DNA from: an uncultured Bacteroidota bacterium
GTDB taxonomy: Bacteria > Bacteroidota > Bacteroidia > Bacteroidales > UBA12481
Reading direction: 5' to 3'
DNA: 60,972 nt
NCBI GenBank assembly: GCA_903919925.1
Contig: CAIXKO010000623.1
Span: 1-60,972, forward strand
The translations under genes were made by a program, and so were the position numbers. The notes below the pieces were generated by a model. The model was not told the DNA's origin and did not search any database. It saw only the letters and a list, made by a program, of their open reading frames with translations. Shown here piece after piece: positions 54,701 to 60,972 of the stretch (position 1 is its first letter; each line of letters starts with the position of its first letter).

Positions 54701-57700
54701 TTATTCTACAATCAATTTCACACTGCTCCTTAACCCGTTCCAAAGAATAGTCAGGTTATAGGCTCCGGTTTTTAAAGGCTTCGAAAATTGAACCATGCCG
54801 TCAGCACCTGAAATTACCGGTTCCCGATAGACGATTTCCCCCAGGTTATTGGTCACCTGCAGCATTACTTTTCTGTTTTCCATGCCATCCGCCAGCCTGA
54901 TCGTAAATCCTTTTCCATCGGATGGATTCGGGAATATGGATAACGCTACATGTGAATTATGAATACCCTGCACCGATGTCGACTTCTTAAACCGCCTTGT
55001 AGTTACCGTGCCTGGAGTCAATCCATTTTTCATACTGACCGCCTTTAAAATTACGTCAGAATAAAAAGCCAAAGGCTTGGTGTACAGCGTTGAGGCAGCA
55101 GTGGGGGCGGTACCGTTGGAAGTAAAATAGATGGTTGCCCCCGGTGTCTTGCAATCCATGGAAACGGTAACGGAGTCGGTAAAAGCATCACCCGGAGGAT
55201 CCATCCGGACTGGTGAAACTTTTATGGAGAATGAGGCACTATACACGTCACTCTGATCAAAGCCATCCTTGAATGCCATGGTCTTCAGCTGCCTGGAGGC
55301 ATCTATTCTAATGGGTTCAAGATATCTGGCAGCGTTGATTGAAGGAACTGATCCATCCAGCGTATATACGATCCGGGCTCCCTGCGTGGCGGAGCTTAAT
55401 GTTACCATTACCGAATCGACAAACACTCCTCCGTTTGGCTGAATCGTTACCGGTGCAATGCTTTGTACAAAATAAGCACTATCCGGATCACTGTAGGGGC
55501 CAGCCATTTCTGGTTTATAGGCCACCGCTTTAAATAAAGTGCTGCTCAACACCATAGTATCCTGTGTGAACAGATTTGATTCTTTGGTTGGCATCAAACC
55601 ATCGGTAGTATAAAAGATCCGGGCCCCGGGGGTGGAGCAGGATATTTTTACCGCGATACTTTCGCTGAATTTCCCACCATCAGGCGTAAAAAGCACTTTG
55701 GCTGGTTTCGGGATATACTCCTTATGCCACAATACTTTAGCGGGCACATACCGTTTGCTGATCGTGGGGCCTTTATAAGAAACGCTTAAAGCTTCTCCTC
55801 CCCCCGCTTCCAAAAACTCCACGGTAATGGCATGTATTCCGGCTTTTAACCCGATACGCCCGCTACGTTCGGTGGGAGGCTGCATAAAATCGTTGTTAAC
55901 AACCAGTGTATTACCAATATACAATTTACTGTTGTCATCCGATTTGGTGTAGAAAGTGTAAATTCCATCTGCCGGAACTTCGATATATCCCGTAAATCTC
56001 AAGGCAAAGTAATCCCCGCCGTATGCAGCAAGGTCAATGAAATCGGACACACCGTGCTCCACTGGAGTCCAGGTGGCAAGATCGGGCAGCAAATCCGTTA
56101 CCTGGCCTTCCTGCCACTGATAAAATTCATAGTTAATACCGGTTTGAATATCGATAGGATTCTCAGGCACTCTTAAAGGCAGGTCCACTTTTTCAACATA
56201 GAAATTGGCTGCAGCAACTTCGGTATACTCATTTTCACTGATATAACATCTTGCTTTAACAATGGTGGTATCGGCAACAGTGAACGGTTCAGTATATTCC
56301 TTCGAGGTAAAGGTTGGATCGCTTCCATCCAGGGTATAATGGATAATTCCATGGAAAATTGATGTTTGAAGAGAAACCTCCACGCTGCCGATGAACATCC
56401 CTCCGTTGGGGGAAATAACAGGTGCGAAAAGGGAATTGGGCCCGGCAACCCAGGTCGATTTTCCATATTCATAGGCTCCGATGTCAGGAGGTCCGGACAA
56501 GGGCTCATTGAAGGGAGTGAAATCGAGACCTTTATCAATTGCAGAAGCAGCCGTTGGTTTTAATTGAAAATTACCATTGGCAGGATCGACAAACAAATCG
56601 GTTACTATCTGGCCTTTGGCATTCATGATATTATTCTCCATGATGGCATCTTTCAAACTTCCCCAGGAATCATTGTTCCAGGTGCCTCCCAGTATATTAT
56701 TCCTGATGATGTCCGTTTTTCCGGTTCCACCATTACCATTGACGATAGCGATCTCCGGATCGGTTACAAAAACACCTGTATTGTTATAAATCCAGGCATC
56801 ATTAATATGATTGATCAGGATCGGAACATAAACATGGTGTATTACATTATGATCAACAATGTACCGGCCATCCCAGTAGGGAGAGGCTCCTCCTCCAAAA
56901 TCCAGGTATATACCATAGCGTGACGGACCTTCAATGGCATCCGGTTTAGTATTGTAAATCAGATTATGATCAATCCTGACCCACTGTCCGTCATGTCCGA
57001 CCTGATCCATGGCTCCGCTGTCATACCCCCTTCTCATAAAATCGACTATCACATTATGGTGAATCCTGGCCACCCCTTTGTTTTTGGGATTAGTATTTAC
57101 CAATCCATTAAAATGTAAGGCTATCATCGGGGTATTCCGAATGGTATTGTAAGCAATTTCACCATCCTGGCACATATAACCGCAACTCACTGCTCCGGAA
57201 TTGCTATTGCTGTAGTTCGCTTCGGAAATGGTACAATTGAGCAATTTGTTTCCATAACCCATGATGCTAACAGCTGGTCCCGCACTATATTGAATGGTAC
57301 TATTCTGCATGGTGTTGCCCACTCCACTCAGGATAATCCCCGAGCGGCCCGTCCATTGGCTCTGGTAATTTCCGGACTGGTTGGTAAAATGAGTCAGATA
57401 TCTGGCTTTAATACCATCTATCAGAATATCATGAGCATCCTCAACCAAATCACCCCTCCGTGATTCATAATTATTATCGGTAGTGATATTGGCTGCAAAC
57501 AGAGTGAAATTCCGGATCACTGTATAGCTTCTGTTCACTTCGGAATCGCTCGAACGAAAGGCAAATTGCCGCTTCCGGGCCTCCACCACATTATGGATTG
57601 CACCCATTTCACCAGTGGCATTGCCATCCGGTGAGCGAACAAAAAGGGTATCGCCGCTTTTCCACCATTCGCCTTTACTTAAAAGCGCACTTACCCCACC

Positions 57701-58462
57701 GGTGGTGCTGACTCCCGGTACTGTGGGATTAAAAAGGTAAAATTCCGTGTTTTTCCCCATTCCCCAGGGAACATCACCCAAAACGGGTTTATCCCTGAAA
57801 TCAACCGTTATGGTGTGATTGGACTGGCTGCTTGCGATAACCTTACCTGTCCAGCCCTGCCCATCCGCACCATTATGCGACAGATTAATCCAGATCTGAG
57901 CACCCACCCAGCGGCCGTCGGGTTCACTGAATTCGTTGTCCTTAATGATGATTGAATTACCGGAAGCGGTAACTGCCTCAGCAATGGCATCAGCAGGTTT
58001 TATAATATCATCCGAAGTCTGGTCCGGCCACCGGGCCAGGTTGATCATCCTTTGATCCACAAAAATTTGATTGCTTCCCTCCTCGGGAACAAAATCCCAG
58101 TTCATCAAACTTTTGTACACCTCGGTTGAATTCACTTGTGTCCAGGTAGTTAAAATCTCGGTTCCATTAATAATCACCTCATCGTTCTGATAAGCCTGAA
58201 AAGTAATCCGGTCGTTGGAGATCAGAACCTCTTCACGATAAACACCTGCATAAACGGTAATGATGTCGCCCTCAACCGCCACCTGTGATGCTTGCCTGAT
58301 GGTGCGGTACGGATTAGTGGAACTGCCATCCTCAATACCACTCAAATTGCTTGCTTTAACAAAGATTTCCTTACCATCAGCATCAATGGCAGCAATGGAT
58401 AGCAATGCAAAAAGAAATAGCAAAACTTTGGATGCGGGAAAATGAATGGGTCGCTTGTACAT
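54701..58462 (-). CDS. Secreted beta-helix protein (paralogue of 8580..11405) with repeated CHB_HEX_C-like domains, PA14 domain and T9SS CTD
   Basis: The N-terminal 550 aa are colinear with 8580..11405 (GSSTNPYRTIRQASQVAVEGDIITVYAGVYRE; LARWPDQT; GQGWTGKV; GEWWKSGDTLFVR; YLTHFTNQSGNYQSQWTGRSGIILSG; ARIHHNVIVDF). PA14-like YFALRFTGYIEVPADGIYTFYTKSDDNSKLYIGN...VEFLEAGGGEALSVSYKGP. Four (I/R)xYTLDGS/YTTDG-type domains. Tail LSIFPNPSDGKGFTIRL...GAYNLTILWNGLRSSVKLIVE. Confidence 0.75.
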   Translation of the reverse strand: MYKRPIHFPASKVLLFLFALLSIAAIDADGKEIFVKASNLSGIEDGSSTNPYRTIRQASQVAVEGDIITVYAGVYREEVLISNDRITFQAYQNDEVIINGTEILTTWTQVNSTEVYKSLMNWDFVPEEGSNQIFVDQRMINLARWPDQTSDDIIKPADAIAEAVTASGNSIIIKDNEFSEPDGRWVGAQIWINLSHNGADGQGWTGKVIASSQSNHTITVDFRDKPVLGDVPWGMGKNTEFYLFNPTVPGVSTTGGVSALLSKGEWWKSGDTLFVRSPDGNATGEMGAIHNVVEARKRQFAFRSSDSEVNRSYTVIRNFTLFAANITTDNNYESRRGDLVEDAHDILIDGIKARYLTHFTNQSGNYQSQWTGRSGIILSGVGNTMQNSTIQYSAGPAVSIMGYGNKLLNCTISEANYSNSNSGAVSCGYMCQDGEIAYNTIRNTPMIALHFNGLVNTNPKNKGVARIHHNVIVDFMRRGYDSGAMDQVGHDGQWVRIDHNLIYNTKPDAIEGPSRYGIYLDFGGGASPYWDGRYIVDHNVIHHVYVPILINHINDAWIYNNTGVFVTDPEIAIVNGNGGTGKTDIIRNNILGGTWNNDSWGSLKDAIMENNIMNAKGQIVTDLFVDPANGNFQLKPTAASAIDKGLDFTPFNEPLSGPPDIGAYEYGKSTWVAGPNSLFAPVISPNGGMFIGSVEVSLQTSIFHGIIHYTLDGSDPTFTSKEYTEPFTVADTTIVKARCYISENEYTEVAAANFYVEKVDLPLRVPENPIDIQTGINYEFYQWQEGQVTDLLPDLATWTPVEHGVSDFIDLAAYGGDYFALRFTGYIEVPADGIYTFYTKSDDNSKLYIGNTLVVNNDFMQPPTERSGRIGLKAGIHAITVEFLEAGGGEALSVSYKGPTISKRYVPAKVLWHKEYIPKPAKVLFTPDGGKFSESIAVKISCSTPGARIFYTTDGLMPTKESNLFTQDTMVLSSTLFKAVAYKPEMAGPYSDPDSAYFVQSIAPVTIQPNGGVFVDSVMVTLSSATQGARIVYTLDGSVPSINAARYLEPIRIDASRQLKTMAFKDGFDQSDVYSASFSIKVSPVRMDPPGDAFTDSVTVSMDCKTPGATIYFTSNGTAPTAASTLYTKPLAFYSDVILKAVSMKNGLTPGTVTTRRFKKSTSVQGIHNSHVALSIFPNPSDGKGFTIRLADGMENRKVMLQVTNNLGEIVYREPVISGADGMVQFSKPLKTGAYNLTILWNGLRSSVKLIVE

Positions 58463-58639
58463 AATAATTCGGGATATGTGATAGGCGACTAAAATAGACA
58501 GACACTCGAAAGTCCATAGGTAAAATTCGGTATTGTTCCAGCAAGATTATTGATATTCAATCTTGCCGGAGAAAAGAAAGAACCTGGTCGGCTCCGGAGT
58601 CAGGCTTTCCCGGAATGGTACCTTCCGGATTGTTTTGGA

Positions 58640-60505
58640 TCAATCATTTTTCCCCGGCTGGTATTCTATTCTGCTTCGACCCAGGATTTTTGTGCCCAAC
58701 TGATCGGTTATTACCACCAGAAGGGTGCCGGGCTTAATTCCGGCCCTGCTTATTTCTGACGCGTTCCATTCAAAAGTGCCCTGAAAAATCGTCTGGTAAA
58801 GAAGCATTCCGGACATCGTGTATATTTTCATGGATTTTGATTCGAGGTTACTCCCGTTCGATTTAATCACCAGGTGGGTAGAAAAAGGATTCGGATAACA
58901 GGAGAACTTCTCCCCCGGATTCACAATGGGGGGACCGGTTGAGGTGGTATTACCCGCTAAATGAAGATCGATGCCTGTTCCCATACCCAGGTTCAGGCTG
59001 TACTTTTTATCCGCCGCATTGTTCCAGTGTTCATATACCCCCAGGCTCCCCAGATAGGTTCCGTCACCTTCCGGATCATAATTGATCCCAACCGGCCAAT
59101 TTGCCGGGTCAGCCGCCTGCATCAGGTAATCATCGGTACCATTCATATATGGATATTTTTCCTCATCCGGCTTCGTTTTGTACTCTGCCAATAAAAAATC
59201 ATATCCAACCGATTCTATCGCAACAGCATCCTGTGAAAGGAAAAGCGAGGAGGGGTAATCATTGCTGAACGGTGCCATTTTCCATTTCTCCACTATACCG
59301 TTCCAATTTTTACCACCCCAAAGTGCATCAACAATATATATCAGTGTTTTCCCTCCCAAATGCTTATGGCCCATATAGTCCACCAGATGACGGTATTGGC
59401 CCATTTCCGGAACATTCACGGGCAAACAATAATGCATATAGAAGGCAGATTGAGACTGAGGCTGATCACCGGGTTTCAAAATGGAGCCCTGGTGGTTTTT
59501 TGCTGCCAGGGTAATTCCGGCTGAATCATGCGATTTCAAACAGGGAATGTTGATCAGATAGGCAGCATCAACATAATGCTGCGGGATAGAGGAGGTAAAC
59601 TGCCCATCGCTGAATTGAAGCAATTGCTCATCCGATGGTATCGTTTTCTCCCTGCCATTTCCACCGGTACCATCCACGTAATGAACACCCGGATAAACAG
59701 AATGGCACTTTTCCCAATACTCGTCCCTGAACGCCCGGTAATTATCCCCGATCCATATATCTGCCTGAGGTACTCCAACAATTTCAACAAGCTGTTTCAG
59801 TATGGACAGCACCAATTGCGGGGCAGCATCCATGTTAGCGGAACCGTTTGAATTGCAGCATGAATTGGTCAGGTTGATTTTGATGGCAACCTTTTCCCCA
59901 GCCTGATAACCGGTATCACCTTTCCCATGTTGGAGGTTGAAGTAACGGAACAGTGCATCCCAACCTTCGGAGGCCGTTTCTTTTCCGGCAACCTCCATTA
60001 TTCCAGTCGTTAACATCGAATCCACCACTGCCTGGTTGGTATTCTGATCCATATACCAAAAGTCGCCCGAACTGTTTTTAGTCTTTTCGTTCGTTGCACG
60101 GGGGTTATAAACCCAGGCTACCCTACCAGGAATAATTCCCTGAGCAATACCGATTGGAGAGTTTGCAATGAAAGAGTTTTCTGCGACCAGCTTTTTGGCA
60201 GAATCCAGAGCAGGCCTGAAAGATAGCCCGGCAATTACTGAAAAGGCGATTACCGGCAGTAATACCTGAAGAGCTGGTTTGAGTTTTTTCCCCTTGAAAA
60301 GCTTCACGGTTGCAAATAAACCAATCAGGTATAATACAAAAGCCGACATGATTGGTGCCGATGCCCTCATACAAGGATAGGCTGCCCGGCCTGGTTTGGG
60401 AATTACCCGGATCAGGAACCATAAAACGGAGGCTCCTCCAACGAAAAGAAAAGTCAGCTTTGCAGGGCTGATACTTTTAACCAGCTTTTTTATCCGGATA
60501 TTCAT
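58640..60505 (-). CDS. DUF362-domain protein with N-terminal membrane segments and T9SS CTD
   Basis: N-terminus LTFLFVGGASVLWFLIRVIPKPGRAAYPCMRASAPIMSAFVLYLIGLFATV. DUF362-like EKVAIKINLTN...APQLVLSILKQLVEIVGV...LINIPCLKSHDSAGITLAAKNHQGS. Tail FSCYPNPFSTHLVIKSNG... Confidence 0.6.
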   Translation of the reverse strand: MNIRIKKLVKSISPAKLTFLFVGGASVLWFLIRVIPKPGRAAYPCMRASAPIMSAFVLYLIGLFATVKLFKGKKLKPALQVLLPVIAFSVIAGLSFRPALDSAKKLVAENSFIANSPIGIAQGIIPGRVAWVYNPRATNEKTKNSSGDFWYMDQNTNQAVVDSMLTTGIMEVAGKETASEGWDALFRYFNLQHGKGDTGYQAGEKVAIKINLTNSCCNSNGSANMDAAPQLVLSILKQLVEIVGVPQADIWIGDNYRAFRDEYWEKCHSVYPGVHYVDGTGGNGREKTIPSDEQLLQFSDGQFTSSIPQHYVDAAYLINIPCLKSHDSAGITLAAKNHQGSILKPGDQPQSQSAFYMHYCLPVNVPEMGQYRHLVDYMGHKHLGGKTLIYIVDALWGGKNWNGIVEKWKMAPFSNDYPSSLFLSQDAVAIESVGYDFLLAEYKTKPDEEKYPYMNGTDDYLMQAADPANWPVGINYDPEGDGTYLGSLGVYEHWNNAADKKYSLNLGMGTGIDLHLAGNTTSTGPPIVNPGEKFSCYPNPFSTHLVIKSNGSNLESKSMKIYTMSGMLLYQTIFQGTFEWNASEISRAGIKPGTLLVVITDQLGTKILGRSRIEYQPGKND

Positions 60506-60731
60506 TTTGCCGATACTATATTATGGAACCTTGCAAAAATAACCACTCCAAAATTGCTTCACGGGTAAAATTCAGTACAGTTCACACCACAATTGTTGAT
60601 TTCTTTCCCCCCTCTTCAGCAAGCAGCACCACCCATACCGCCTCACTCCAGATCAGTCAACCCTGGTTTTATAGCGGAAATGACCATTACGTGAACGGCT
60701 ATGCCCCTTAGCCGTCAACCTAGGTGCTGGC

Positions 60732-60853
60732 TGAACCCCCAGACTAAAGATCTGGGGTTAGTGAAGAGCCAAATGCAAGATGTGGTACCATGTGTTACTT
60801 CGATTAACCGATGCATGGGAAGGTGCCGGGGAACCGGACTAAAGTCCGGAGAT
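60732..60853 (+). repeat. Solo third copy of the ~125-bp double-hairpin element
   Basis: ccccaga-ctaaaga-tctgggg (60737-60757), cgattaaccgatg, ccggactaaagtccgg (60834-60849). It has the same order and orientation as the left copy at 51024-51147. The spacer gaagagccaaatgcaagatgtggtacc resembles the other copies. Confidence 0.8.
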
Positions 60854-60972
60854 AGATTCTTAATCAATTTGTATCGTGATAGTTAGCATCTACAGTAATC
60901 TGTGAAAAATGCCTGCCAACATCCCGGTCAACGCTTGATATACCAGCCCCCCAAATCGATAGATCCTACCGA

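Noticed and set aside
58541-58627. Palindromes GCAAGATT...AATCTTGC (58541-58566) and CCGGAA...TTCCGG (58609-58627) after the DUF362 gene, considered as terminators.
   Set aside because: Neither is followed by a T-run on the relevant (minus) strand, and the stems are short with large loops. That is too weak to call.
1-60972. A search for tRNA, rRNA, tmRNA, riboswitch-like leaders and prophage genes.
   Set aside because: The intergenic gaps are short (mostly under 300 bp) and are explained by repeats or promoter regions. I recognised no cloverleaf-like or rRNA-like sequence and no phage structural genes. This is a visual check only; tRNAscan-SE and Infernal would be decisive.

Overview
This is a 61-kb Bacteroidota-type chromosomal segment dominated by glycan-utilisation genes. 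It holds two SusC/SusD/small-lipoprotein triplets on the minus strand (17825-23188 and 45621-50911) and one hybrid two-component regulator (13308-17528). A long plus-strand CAZyme block carries GH39 x2, a GH36-like gene, GH92, a GH63-like gene, an MFS transporter, a GH94 phosphorylase and GH29. There are four right-handed beta-helix proteins forming two paralogue pairs, and six proteins ending in T9SS C-terminal sorting domains. Four other things are embedded in this. (i) A ~3.5-kb AT-richer islet (5044-8490) carries a translationally coupled ParA-like ATPase + AlbA_2/Schlafen-like ATP-binding gene pair next to decayed restriction-type and DUF4143-ATPase genes. This is my best candidate for an undescribed, defence-type module. 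(ii) An IS200/RAYT-type Y1 transposase is flanked by inverted ~125-bp double-hairpin elements, with a solo copy 9 kb away. (iii) There are three further intergenic repeat families (48-bp GTAG-palindrome tandem arrays, a GC-rich hairpin element, octamer microsatellites) and a conserved 70-85-bp element upstream of three CAZyme genes. (iv) Several gene remnants are present (GH29, HigA, DUF1016, NPCBM-only, DUF1003). I recognised no rRNA, tRNA or CRISPR array. All family assignments come from motif recognition by eye, not from database searches.
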